From NCBI GenBank assembly GCA_963666565.1, contig OY762911.1, positions 4,480,001 through 4,544,000 of the forward strand: a stretch of DNA of 64,000 bases, in the 5' to 3' direction. The first letter of the stretch is position 1. Each line of letters starts with the position of its first letter. Positions 18,476 through 28,600 of the stretch are shown here, piece by piece. Both the position numbers and the translations under genes were made by a program. A model generated the notes under the pieces. The model searched no databases. It was not told where the DNA came from and saw only the letters and a list, made by a program, of their open reading frames with translations. This stretch comes from Thermoanaerobaculia bacterium. GTDB taxonomy: Bacteria > Acidobacteriota > Thermoanaerobaculia > Multivoradales > Multivoraceae.

Positions 18476-19555
18476 ATGAACGACGAACCGACCAGCCCAT
18501 CCGGCGCCGCGACCGCCGATCTCGCCTCGGTCCACGAAGTCGGCAACGAGGATGCCGTCCGGGACCTGTTCGAGTCCCGCGGCTGGACGGACGGCCTGCC
18601 CATCGTGCCGCCGACGCCGGAGCGGGTGGCCGCCGCGCTCGAAGCGGCCGTCATGACGCCCGCCCAGGTGCTGGGCGTGGAGACGGTCCGCGGCCGGGCG
18701 ATCACCGCCCGGAAGGCGGCGATCAACGCGGTGATGGCCGGCTGCCGGCCGCGCGACTTCGCGGTCGTCGCCGCGGCGGTCGAAGCGATGTGCGATCCGG
18801 CGTTCCTGCTGCACGGCGCGACCTCCAGCACCGGCGGCTGCGCCGTGCTGATCGTCGTCAACGGCCCGATCCGACGGGAACTCGGCATGACCGGGACGTT
18901 CAACGCGCTCGGCGGCGCCGACCGGGCCTCGCTCGCCATCGGCCGGGCGGTCCGGCTCATCCTGCGCAACCTGCTCAGCGTCCGGCCGGGAGAGCTCGAC
19001 CGCTCCACCCTCGGGCATCCCGGCAAGCTGAGCTACGTCCTCGCCGAAGACGAGGAGAACTCGCCCTGGCCGTCCCTGGCAACCGAGCGCGGCGCGCCCG
19101 GCGGCGCCTCGACCGCGACCGTCTTCGCCGCCGGCGCGCCCCGGCAGATCATGAACGAGTGGACGACGGAACCCGAGGCGATCCTGGACACCGTCGCGGC
19201 CGAGATGCGGGCGAACATGCTCCACTACTCCATCTGGGCGGGCAACCACTGCCTCGTCCTGCCGCCGCAGTTGCGGGCGAGCTTCGCCGCCGCCGGCTGG
19301 AGCAAGGCGGACATCCGGACCTGCCTCTACGAGCGAGCGCGCGTCCGCCGCGGAGACTGGGAACGGGTGGGCAAGGCCGCGGTGGTGAGCGACGCGAACC
19401 GGGATCGCGAGTACAGGGCGCTCCAGTCGCCGGACGACCTGCTCGTCGTCGCCGCCGGCGGACCGGCGGGCGGCTTCGCGGCGGTCGTCCCGCCGTGGTT
19501 CGGCGCCAAGTCGCGGGCCGTTACGGCCGGCGTCGGCTTCTGCCTGGAGTGCTGA
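18476..19555 (+). CDS. Conserved protein of the GWTDGLP family (often associated with UGSC proteins)
   Basis: GWTDGLPIVPPTPERV, AINAVMAGC, STLGHPGK, LLVVAAGGPAG; C-terminal CxxC. Confidence 0.7.
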   Translation: MNDEPTSPSGAATADLASVHEVGNEDAVRDLFESRGWTDGLPIVPPTPERVAAALEAAVMTPAQVLGVETVRGRAITARKAAINAVMAGCRPRDFAVVAAAVEAMCDPAFLLHGATSSTGGCAVLIVVNGPIRRELGMTGTFNALGGADRASLAIGRAVRLILRNLLSVRPGELDRSTLGHPGKLSYVLAEDEENSPWPSLATERGAPGGASTATVFAAGAPRQIMNEWTTEPEAILDTVAAEMRANMLHYSIWAGNHCLVLPPQLRASFAAAGWSKADIRTCLYERARVRRGDWERVGKAAVVSDANRDREYRALQSPDDLLVVAAGGPAGGFAAVVPPWFGAKSRAVTAGVGFCLEC

Positions 19556-19627
19556 AGCCGACCACGCGACGACAACCGGAAGCGGGTCGGAAGACGCGCA
19601 CACCCAGTACCGCCGCACGGCGCGTCG

Positions 19628-20224
19628 TCACGGGCGGCAGGGGGTGTCGAGCAGATCGGCCACTGCAGCGCCCGACACCAGCCCGCGGTAACGGCCGCAG
19701 ATCTTGCCGGCCTCGAGACGCAAGACGAAGACGGCGTCGGCACGGTCCTCGCCCTCGCCGTCCGAGCCGGCAAGTTCCCGCCAGGCGCCGGCGCCATCCT
19801 CGACGACCAAGTAGGACCCGTGCCGTGCGTCGGCCACCTCGCCCCGCAGCGTCCGCACGATCATGCGGCGGATGAAGCCGGGAGCGCCCTCGAGCACCAC
19901 GACGCTGTAGGTCGACCAGCCCGCGGCCCGCGGTTCGTCGTCGAGCGCGCTTCGCCACTCGCGCGCGCCGGCGTTGGCGGCGCGATGGAAGCTGACGACG
20001 AGCAGCGACCGGGGCCCGAGGTCGGCCGCCGAGACCTCCTCGCCCGCCAGCGTCACCGCGAGCGGATTCGCGTCGGCGGCAGCGGCCGCGACGGCGGCCG
20101 CGGCGGTGAGAAGAAGGCCGAGCGCGGCTGCCACGGCGCCGCGCCGCAGCGCGGTCGCCTCGCCGGTAACGGGCGGCGCGCCGGACCGACCCCACGCCAA
20201 GCGCCGCCGGGACGCGGCCCTCAC
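19628..20224 (-). CDS. Secreted hypothetical protein, possibly thioredoxin-like fold
   Basis: GTG overlaps the upstream MTase stop; signal-like hydrophobic stretch followed by a globular region. Confidence 0.55.
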   Translation of the reverse strand: MRAASRRRLAWGRSGAPPVTGEATALRRGAVAAALGLLLTAAAAVAAAAADANPLAVTLAGEEVSAADLGPRSLLVVSFHRAANAGAREWRSALDDEPRAAGWSTYSVVVLEGAPGFIRRMIVRTLRGEVADARHGSYLVVEDGAGAWRELAGSDGEGEDRADAVFVLRLEAGKICGRYRGLVSGAAVADLLDTPCRP

Positions 20225-21162
20225 GGGCCGCTCCGGAAGCGCATCACGCGGTAGCGCCGGCAGCGGGCGAACGCCTCGGGATCGAGCAGCCGGTCGAGCC
20301 GGTCCAGCCAGCGGGTCACCGGCCGCGCCAGCCGCCAGGCGGCGCCCGCCAGACGGGGGAACTGCCGCGTCGAGGCGTCGCGCAGCAGGCCCACGATGCC
20401 GCGGCCGTAGCGCTCCACGATCGCCTGTCCGAGGCGCAGCGTCGGCAGCACGGAAGCGGTCACGTCCTCGTCCAGCTCCAGCTCGAGCCCCGCCGCCTCG
20501 GCCCGCCTCAGAAATTCCTCGAGCGGGTGGCCGCTCCTCGGCCTGCCCTCGTCGGACGCCACCGTGAAGTAGTCGCAGAGCAGGACGCTGCCTCCCGGCG
20601 CCAGGGACCGCCCGACCGCCTCGAAGAACTCGTCGAGCCAAACGTACTGCGCCGATTCGCACAGGAACAGGATGTCGTACCGGCGGTCCGGCTCGAACTC
20701 CTGGAAGCGGCCCAGGTGGAAGCGCCGGTCCGGCAACCGCTCGGCGAACAGCTCGCCGTGGTACGGGTCGGGCGAGAGGCCCTCGACGTCGTAGCCCAGG
20801 GCGGCCAGCCGCTCGCCGATCGCGCCGGTGCCGCAGCCGACGTCGAGCACCGACGACGCCCCCGGCGGCAGCAGTTCGAAGAGGCGCGCCACCAGCCGCT
20901 CCTGGGCGCGGCGCAGGCCGGCCACGTCGAGCGGGTCCTCTTCGTTCCAGATCCCGAAGTTCAGGTACTCCAGGCCGACGATCCGGTGCAGGAACTGGAG
21001 CGAGAAGCTCGTCTTCACCTGGCGCGGGCTCTTGCCGTCCGCGGCCCGCCGGAACAACTGCCGGCCCTGGGGGCCGGGCCAGCGCCGCGGCGCCGCGGGA
21101 ACCTGAGCCGCCTCGGGCGCCGCCCTCTGGCGCGGAGGCGGCGTAGCGATGCGCAAACTCAC
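20221..21162 (-). CDS. Class I SAM-dependent methyltransferase
   Basis: YLNFGIW, VLDVGCGTG, LAPGGSVLLCDYF; start uncertain. Confidence 0.82.
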   Translation of the reverse strand: MSLRIATPPPRQRAAPEAAQVPAAPRRWPGPQGRQLFRRAADGKSPRQVKTSFSLQFLHRIVGLEYLNFGIWNEEDPLDVAGLRRAQERLVARLFELLPPGASSVLDVGCGTGAIGERLAALGYDVEGLSPDPYHGELFAERLPDRRFHLGRFQEFEPDRRYDILFLCESAQYVWLDEFFEAVGRSLAPGGSVLLCDYFTVASDEGRPRSGHPLEEFLRRAEAAGLELELDEDVTASVLPTLRLGQAIVERYGRGIVGLLRDASTRQFPRLAGAAWRLARPVTRWLDRLDRLLDPEAFARCRRYRVMRFRSGP

Positions 21163-21283
21163 CGGTCGGAGAGTGTACCGCCCTCCCGCGCACGGGGCGC
21201 GATAGGGTCGTTTCGCCTGAGACCGGATGAACCTGCGCCGCGGCGGCGGCGCAACGGTCGGCCGCGTGGCCCGAGGAGTCGCC

Positions 21284-23269
21284 ATGAGAAAGTCGCCCCT
21301 GACCATCGTCTTCGTCATTGCGCTCGCGACCGGGCTGCCGGCGCTGGCCGCGGACCATCCGCTCGATCCGCTCAGCGACGACGAGATCTGGCGGACCCTC
21401 GTCCTCCTGCGCGACGCGGGCCACATGGACAAGGACACGAAGTTCTCCCAGTTGACCCTGGACGAGCCGCCCAAGCGGCAGGTCCTGGCCTGGCGGCCCG
21501 GCGAACCGATGCCGCGGCGGGCCTGGGCGCTGCTGCGTCAGGACGACGACACGTTCGAGGCCGTCGTCGATCTGACGGCGGAGGAGGTCGTCTCCTGGGC
21601 GCGGCTCGAGGGCGCGGAGCCGAACTGGCACGGCGGCGAGTACGACTCGCTGAGCGACAAGGTGCTGGAACACCCGGACTTCCTGGCCGGGCTCGAAGCC
21701 CGCGGCGTGACGGACCTCACCTTCGTCGACTGCGGCGCCGGGCCGCGCGGCTACTTCGGCACGGAGGAGGAGCAGGGCCGGCGCATCGCGCACGTGACCT
21801 GCAGCGAGCCCGACGGCGTCGAGCGGCACGCGATCGAGGATCTGGTCGCGGTCGTGGACCTGGAAGCCGAGGAAGTGCTCCAGGTCATCGACGAGGGCGC
21901 AGGCCGCATTCCCGCCGCCCGGACCGACTTTCACGACATGCTGGGCGAGGAACGGGAAGTTCCCGGGCCGATGGAGACGCGCCAGCCGCTAGGCCCCGGC
22001 TTCGAGCTCGACGGCTACCGGGTCGCCTGGCAGAACTGGAGCTTCCACCTCCGGCCCGACCAGCGCACCGGCCTCGTCCTCTCGCTCGTGAGCTACCGGG
22101 AGAAGCCCGAGGCGGCGCCCCGCTCGGTGCTCTACCAGGGCTACCTGTCCGAGATCTTCGTTCCCTACATGGATCCGTCGTTCGCCTGGTACCGCAAGAA
22201 CTTCATCGACGTCGGCGAGTACGTCGCCGGCGGCCTGGGCAAGCCGCTGATGCCGGGCGACGACTGCCCCGACCGGGCCGTCTACGTCGATTCGACGAAG
22301 ACCGGCGCCAACGGCTATCCGCGCACCGTGCCGGGAACGATCTGCATCTACGAGCGCGAGACCGGCGACCCGTCGTGGCGCCACTGGTCGTCCGGAGGAC
22401 CCGAGAGCCGCAGGAGCCGCGACCTGGTGGTCCGGCTCGGAGGCGTCGTCGGCAACTACGACTACCTGGTCGACTGGATCTTCCGCCAGGACGGTTCGAT
22501 CGAGGTCCGGGTCGGCGCCACCGGCATCCTCGCCTACGAGACGACCGCCGCGGTCTCCGCCGCGCCGCCGGCGCCCGTCGCCGGACCGGCGAACGCGGCC
22601 GCGGCCGACGCCCTGACCGCCGGCGGCGGCGCGGACGCCTACGGCCGCTTCGTTCAGCCGAACGTCGTCGCGGTGAACCACGACCACTACTTCAACTTCC
22701 GGCTCGACATCGACGTCGACGGCACGGAGAACCGCTTCGTCGCCGACCGCCTGGTCGCCCGCACCCTTCCCGACGGCCATCCGCGGCGCAGCCTGTGGGT
22801 GCAGGAACCCCGGATCGCCTCGAGCGAACACGATGCCCGGCTCGACATGGACTTGAGCCGGCCGACGCTCTGGCGCGTGCAGAGCACGAGCCGCAGGAAC
22901 GCCGTCGGCTACCCGACCAGCTTCCAGGTGATGCCGGGACGCAACGCGAGCACGCTGCTGTCGGCGGACGACTATCCGCGCCGCCGCGCCGGCTTCATCG
23001 ACCACCACCTCTGGGTGACGCCGCAGCGGGACGCCGAGCGGTTCGCGGCCGGCGAGCACCCGACCCTGAGCGAGCCGGGCATGGGACTGCCGGAATGGAC
23101 GGCCGCCGACCGCCCGATCGAGGACACGGACATCGTCGTGTGGCACACGGTCGGCATGCACCACCTGCCGCGGGCCGAGGACTGGCCGGTGATGCCGACG
23201 CTGTGGCACGGGTTCGAACTGCGGCCGTTCGACTTCTTCGACCGGAATCCCGCGCTCGACCTGCCCTGA
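21284..23269 (+). CDS. tynA: Copper amine oxidase (TPQ), secreted
   Basis: HPLDPL, SEIFVPYMDP, catalytic Asp in NFIDVGEY, TPQ motif NYDY, copper ligands HDH and HHLPRAEDWPVMP; GAGGAG RBS. Confidence 0.92.
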   Translation: MRKSPLTIVFVIALATGLPALAADHPLDPLSDDEIWRTLVLLRDAGHMDKDTKFSQLTLDEPPKRQVLAWRPGEPMPRRAWALLRQDDDTFEAVVDLTAEEVVSWARLEGAEPNWHGGEYDSLSDKVLEHPDFLAGLEARGVTDLTFVDCGAGPRGYFGTEEEQGRRIAHVTCSEPDGVERHAIEDLVAVVDLEAEEVLQVIDEGAGRIPAARTDFHDMLGEEREVPGPMETRQPLGPGFELDGYRVAWQNWSFHLRPDQRTGLVLSLVSYREKPEAAPRSVLYQGYLSEIFVPYMDPSFAWYRKNFIDVGEYVAGGLGKPLMPGDDCPDRAVYVDSTKTGANGYPRTVPGTICIYERETGDPSWRHWSSGGPESRRSRDLVVRLGGVVGNYDYLVDWIFRQDGSIEVRVGATGILAYETTAAVSAAPPAPVAGPANAAAADALTAGGGADAYGRFVQPNVVAVNHDHYFNFRLDIDVDGTENRFVADRLVARTLPDGHPRRSLWVQEPRIASSEHDARLDMDLSRPTLWRVQSTSRRNAVGYPTSFQVMPGRNASTLLSADDYPRRRAGFIDHHLWVTPQRDAERFAAGEHPTLSEPGMGLPEWTAADRPIEDTDIVVWHTVGMHHLPRAEDWPVMPTLWHGFELRPFDFFDRNPALDLP

Positions 23270-23275
23270 CCCGCC

Positions 23276-23445
23276 GGGTGCGCGGGTCTTCTGACCCGCT
23301 CAGGGGGGTGCAGCGGAGCGGCGCAGCCCGGAAAGGACGGTCGCCGGCCAGAGGCCGGCGACCATAGGCAGCGGTACCGGGCCTTCGGCCCGGCGCGTTC
23401 TTCTGGCCGCCTCCGGCGGCAGCGGGTCGGAAGACCCGCGCACCC
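23276..23445. repeat. REP-like hairpin doublet (composite like 3511-3648)
   Basis: Inverted units at 23276-23298 and 23422-23445 with a similar spacer. Confidence 0.8.
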
Positions 23446-23671
23446 AGTGCGACAGTTCTGTCGTGCGGACTACACAGGACGACAGGATTGTCTGTCCAAG
23501 TCAAGCCGGTCGCCGTCCCGCGCGGTCGCGGCGCGCGTCCTCCCGACCGCGTCGCCCACTCCGCGAAACGCCGCCAACCCCTGCCGCCACGCGGGTTTGC
23601 GCCCGCGGCCGTGGCGCCGCGCCGACCCCCTGACCGGACGCCGCGACACGACCGCCGCGCATCCGTCCTCC

Positions 23672-23686
23672 TGGCACGATTCTGGA
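23672..23686 (+). promoter_or_regulatory. Possible sigma-54-type promoter for amtB-glnK
   Basis: TGGCACG matches the -24 box; the -12 box is imperfect (TGGA versus TTGC). Confidence 0.3.
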
Positions 23687-23821
23687 TAGCGGCTACAGGA
23701 CAAGCCCGGGCGTCAGTTCCGGAATCCTGACCTCGCCCGCGCCGTACAGGCAACGCGGGCCGAGACGACCAGCCGGGCGCATCGAACGATCAATCGACGA
23801 TCAACGAAGAGGAGGACTCGC

Positions 23822-25162
23822 ATGAGCTTCAGAACTCGCGGTCGGACCATCGGTCTGGGTTCGGCCCTGGGACTCACCTTGCTGCTGGCGCTGCTCGGCG
23901 CCGCGCCGGCGGCAGCGCAGGAGGGCGTGGACAGCGGCGACACGGCATGGATGCTGACCGCCAGCGCCCTCGTGCTGCTGATGACGCCGGGACTGGCGTT
24001 CTTCTACGGCGGGCTGGTCCGGCGCAAGAACGTCCTCTCGATCCTCATGCAGTGCTTCCTCTGCATGGGCCTGATGACGGTGCTCTGGGTCGTCGTCGGC
24101 TTCAGCCTGGCCTTCGGTTCCGACGCCCTCGGCGGCGTGATCGGCGGCGGCGACTACCTCCTGCTGGCCAACCTGGGCTACGACGCCTGGGACGGCACCG
24201 GCATTCCGGCGCCCCTGTTCATGATCTTCCAGGGCATGTTCGCGATCATCACGCCCGCCCTCATGATCGGCGCCTTCGCCGAGCGGATGAAGTTCAGTGC
24301 CATCTGCCTGTTCATGAGCGCCTGGCTGCTCGTGGTCTACGCGCCGGTCTGCCACTGGGTCTGGGGCGGCTCGGAGGGCTTCTTCGGCCTCGGCGGCGAC
24401 GGCGCGCTCGACTTCGCGGGCGGCACCGTGGTTCACATCAACGCGGGCGTCTCGGCTCTCGTCGCGGCGATGGTGCTGGGCAGGCGCAAGGGCTACCCCG
24501 ACCACGCCTCGCCCCCGCACAACCTGCCGTTCGCCGTGCTCGGCACCGGCCTGCTCTGGTTCGGCTGGTTCGGCTTCAACGCAGGCAGCGCGGTGGCCGC
24601 CAACGGTTCGGCCGCCAACGCCTTCGTCGTCACCCAGGTGGCCACGGCCACGGCCGCCGCGGCCTGGGGCCTGATCGACTGGATCCGCGACTCGAAGCCG
24701 ACGCTTCTGGGCGTCATCACCGGCGCCGTCGCGGGGCTCGTGGCGATCACGCCGGCCTGCGGCTCGGTCAGCGCCATCGGCGCCATCGGCGTCGGGGCGG
24801 GCGCGTCCGTCTTCGCCTACCTGGCGGTGACCTGGCTCAAGTCGAAGCTGGGCTACGACGACTCACTGGACGTCTTCGGCGTTCACGGCGTCGCCGGCAT
24901 GTGGGGCGCGGTCGCGGCCGGGCTCTGGGCCACGGCCGCGGTGCCCGGCAACGACACGGACGGCCTGTTCTACGGCAATGCCGCGCAGGTGGCCATCCAG
25001 CTCAAGGCGGTCGTCTACACCATCGTCTGGGCGGCGGTCGTGTCCTTCGTTCTGCTCAAGGTGATCGACCTGATCGTCGGACTCCGCGTCAGCGACGACG
25101 AAGAGCGGATCGGCCTCGATCTCACCGACCACCGCGAAAATGCCTACACCCTGGTCGACTAG
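23822..25162 (+). CDS. amtB: Ammonium transporter
   Basis: DTAWML..ALVLLMTPGLAFFYGG, FQGMFAIIT, DFAGGTVVH, LWFGWFGFN, DDSLDVFGVHG. Confidence 0.96.
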   Translation: MSFRTRGRTIGLGSALGLTLLLALLGAAPAAAQEGVDSGDTAWMLTASALVLLMTPGLAFFYGGLVRRKNVLSILMQCFLCMGLMTVLWVVVGFSLAFGSDALGGVIGGGDYLLLANLGYDAWDGTGIPAPLFMIFQGMFAIITPALMIGAFAERMKFSAICLFMSAWLLVVYAPVCHWVWGGSEGFFGLGGDGALDFAGGTVVHINAGVSALVAAMVLGRRKGYPDHASPPHNLPFAVLGTGLLWFGWFGFNAGSAVAANGSAANAFVVTQVATATAAAAWGLIDWIRDSKPTLLGVITGAVAGLVAITPACGSVSAIGAIGVGAGASVFAYLAVTWLKSKLGYDDSLDVFGVHGVAGMWGAVAAGLWATAAVPGNDTDGLFYGNAAQVAIQLKAVVYTIVWAAVVSFVLLKVIDLIVGLRVSDDEERIGLDLTDHRENAYTLVD

Positions 25163-25180
25163 GGCAGAAGGAGGAATGAC

Positions 25181-25522
25181 ATGAAGTACATCGTGGCAAT
25201 CGTTCAGCCCGACCGGATGCAGGAGGTTCTCGACCTCCTGGAAGAGAAGGAGATCCACCTGCTGACCGTCTCCAACGTGATGGGGCGCGGCCGCCAGCGC
25301 GGTGTCGCCGAGGTCTACCGCGGCCACAAGGAAGCCGGCGCCCTGCTGCGCAAGCTGAAGCTCGAGATCGCGGTCAACGACGACTACGTCGACGTCGTGA
25401 TCGACGCGATCACGCGGGGCGCGAAGACCGGCAACGTCGGAGACGGCAAGATCTTCGTCCTGCCGCTCGAAGAGACGATCCGGATCCGCACCGGAGAGAC
25501 CGGAGGCGTCGCGATCGGCTAG
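25181..25522 (+). CDS. glnK: P-II nitrogen regulatory protein
   Basis: GRGRQ, TGNVGDGKIFV, IRIRTGE; directly downstream of amtB. Confidence 0.93.
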   Translation: MKYIVAIVQPDRMQEVLDLLEEKEIHLLTVSNVMGRGRQRGVAEVYRGHKEAGALLRKLKLEIAVNDDYVDVVIDAITRGAKTGNVGDGKIFVLPLEETIRIRTGETGGVAIG

Positions 25523-25655
25523 GAGCGTTGACAGCGGTTCCGCTGCGCTGTCGCGCAGGGAACAGGGTCGCCCACCGGGTGCGCCGGCGTCCCCGCCGGC
25601 TGCCGCCGAAGGCGGCCAGGAAACCTTGCCGGCCAACGGCCGGCGACCGCAACCC

Positions 25656-25691
25656 AAGCGCGCCGGGGGCCTCGGTCCCCGGCGCGTTCTT
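25656..25691. terminator. Hairpin between convergent glnK and glnE, possible terminator
   Basis: CGCGCCGGGG...CCCCGGCGCG stem followed by TTCTT. Confidence 0.5.
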
Positions 25692-28600
25692 CATTCCAGG
25701 CCGTCGAACAGCCGCTCCAGGTCGCCCATCCGCTCGGCGATCAGGTCCCAGGCGCCCTCTTCGTCGGGCAACTGCCCCAGTCCGTGCAGCCGCCGCGCCA
25801 GGAACCGGAACTCGCTGGTCCGGCGATCCGGGATCACCAGGTCCTTGCTGTGGCCGCGGACGATCCGCAGGCAGTTGATCACCGCCCGCAGCAGCCGGTA
25901 GCCCGCCTCGACCCGCTCGAACTCCTCGCGGGAGACGTGGCCGCGGTCGTGCAACGCATGGATCGCGTCCTGGGTGTTCGTCTGGCGTACCTCCGGATCC
26001 TCCGCACCGGCCGCGATCTGCTTCACCTGGACGAAGTACTCGGCGTCCAGCAGGCCGCCGGCGCTGAACTTCGCGTTCGTCGTGCCGCGCGCCACCAGCT
26101 CCGATCGCTGACGGTTCCGCAGGTGGCGGATGCGGGCCAGGTCGTGGGGCCGCGGGTCGAAGACGTAGTCCGCCCGGTGCGCCTCGACGCGGGCGCGCAG
26201 ATCCGGATCGCCCGCGACCGTCCGCAGCCTCACCAGCGCCTGGCGCTCGTAAGGGTCGGCCTCGCCGTCGAAGCTGTAGTACGAGGCGAAGCGCTGGAAC
26301 GACGCCGCCAGGGGCGCCGACGAGCCGCCCGGACGCAGGCGCCAGTCCAGTTCGAAGATGCCGTCCCGCTTCGCCCGGATCAGCCGCGCCAGCCGGACCG
26401 CGGCGCGTTCGTGGAACTCGCCGGCGCCGGCCTGATCCGACCCGCCGGCGTCCCACACGAACATCAGCTCGATGTCCGAGGCGTAGCCGAGGTCGCGGCC
26501 GCCCCACTTGCCGAGCGCGCAGAGGCACCAGCCGCCGGGCGCCGCCTCGCCGCCGGCGACCTCGGCGACCGCCTCTTCGGCGGCCCGCGTCAGCACCACG
26601 TCGGAGAGCGTCGAGAGCTCGGCGCCGAAGTCGCTGAAGTGCTCGATCCGGCGCACCAGGTGCCGCATGTCGATCCGTCCGATCTCGTCGTCCTTGAACC
26701 GGTTGAGGGCGTCGTCGGGCCGCTCTTCGCCTTCGAGCGCGGCGTCCAGCCGGCGTTCCAGGTCCTCCCGGCCGGCGCCGAGATCGAGGTCCGCCACGTT
26801 CGCCAGGAGCGGCATCAGGTTCTCGTGCTGCCGGCGCAGGAACTCCTCCCAGAGGTACGTCCCGGCGCCGAGCACGCGCGCCAGTTCGTCGAGCGACGAG
26901 GTCAGGGCCTGGGTCGGGTCGGACACCTGCTCGCAGGCGGCGTCGATCAGGGCGCCGAACTGCCGCAGCGCCAGGTGCGGGTTCGGCGCGACGGCGAGCC
27001 GGCGCGCGAACTGCTTCATCAGGGTCACGGTCAGGCGCAGATTGTCGACGCCGAGCCGGTCCTCGATCTTCCCGCCCCGCCTGGTGGTCACGAACAGCCG
27101 GTCGCGCACCTCGCCGTCGACCGTGTCGAACTCCACCTTGTCGATCCAGTAGTCGCGGGTGGCGAGGACGTTGGCGAACTCGAACAGGAACATGAAGCTG
27201 TCGGGGCTGCGAATCTCCAGGATGGTGCAGCTCTCGTCCGACTCGTTGTCGACCGAGATGGAGATGGGCGGCAGGACCTCGTCCGCCTCGGCGTCCAGCT
27301 TCATCCGGCGGACCGCTTCCATGACGCGCAGCGTCACTTCCTCGTTGGCGCGGCGTTCCTCGCCCTTCTCGAGCAGGGCCAGCAGGCGGTTCAGTTCGCG
27401 CTCGAAGTCGACCCAGGAGGTGACCTCGTGGCGCCCGGCCGCCGCCGGCTGCACGTCCGCGGAGCAGACGATCCGGGTCGGTCCCTGCCGCGGCGGCCGC
27501 GGCGCCTCGGCCGGCTGCCGGTTGCGCCGGCGCTTGCGGCCGGGTCGCCGGCGCCGGGACCGCCGGGGCCGCCGGTAGATCTCCAGGTTGGCGACGTCGT
27601 GGTACGTGTAGGAACGGCCGCTCAGGATCGACTGGCCGTAGGCGGCGAGCAGGCCGCAGATCTTCGCGAACTCGCCCTGGTAGTCGTTGGCGACCACCGT
27701 CACGCGCCGCGTCGAGCCGACGTGGCGCACGTCCACCCGGCAGAGCCGCTCGCCGTCCAGCTCGTGGATCATCTTCACGTGCCGCGCCACCTCCTCGACC
27801 GGGAAGCTGAGGAAGTAGGCGCTCTCAAGCCGGCGAAAGTGCTCGTCGATGACCTCGGACGGCACGTCCGGGCAGAGCTCGCGGACCCGGTGCTTGCGCT
27901 CCAGGAAGTCGATCGTCTCGTCGAAGAACTCGCCGAAGATGCGCCGCACGACGGCCGCGGTCTCCTCGTAGCGCGCCGCCAGGTCGAGCGTGCTCAGAGG
28001 CTGCCGCAGGGCGAAGGCGACCCGCCACTGGAAGGTCGCCCACTGCTTCGGCTCGCGCGGAAGCTGCCGCACCGGGAGATCGCGCTCCAACTGGAGCACG
28101 TGCTCAACCACCCGCAGGAAGACGTACGCCTCGCGCAGGCGGTCGTGCTCGTCCCGGGTGATGACCCGGTGCGCCAGCAGCCGCGACATGGCCCGCAGCG
28201 TGTTCGGCGAGCGCAGGCTCGCGTTCGCCGCGCCGTGGTAGAGCTGCAGCAACTGGACGACGAACTCGATGTCGCGGATGCTGCCGGCCCCCAGCTTGAC
28301 GTTGCCGACCTCCGTGCCGCTTGTGCGAAGCGACTTCTCGATCATCCGCTTCATCTCGAAGACTTCACGCAGGAGGGTCTCCGGCGGCCGGTCCGGGTTG
28401 AAGACGAAGCGGCGCGTGCCGTCGATCAGCGCCTTCGCCGCCGCCTCGTCGCCGCCGGCGAAGCGTGCCTTGATCAGCGCCTGGAAGGTCCAGTTCATCC
28501 CGTAGCGCTCGTAGAAGCGCAGGTACTGGCCGACCGTGCGCACCAGCGGCCCCATCTTCCCCTCGGGCCGCAGCCGCATGTCGACGCGGAACACGAAGCC

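Noticed and set aside
19540-19610. Selenocysteine read-through at CLEC-TGA
   Set aside because: The downstream hairpin is a REP unit, not an evident SECIS, and no conserved continuation is visible.
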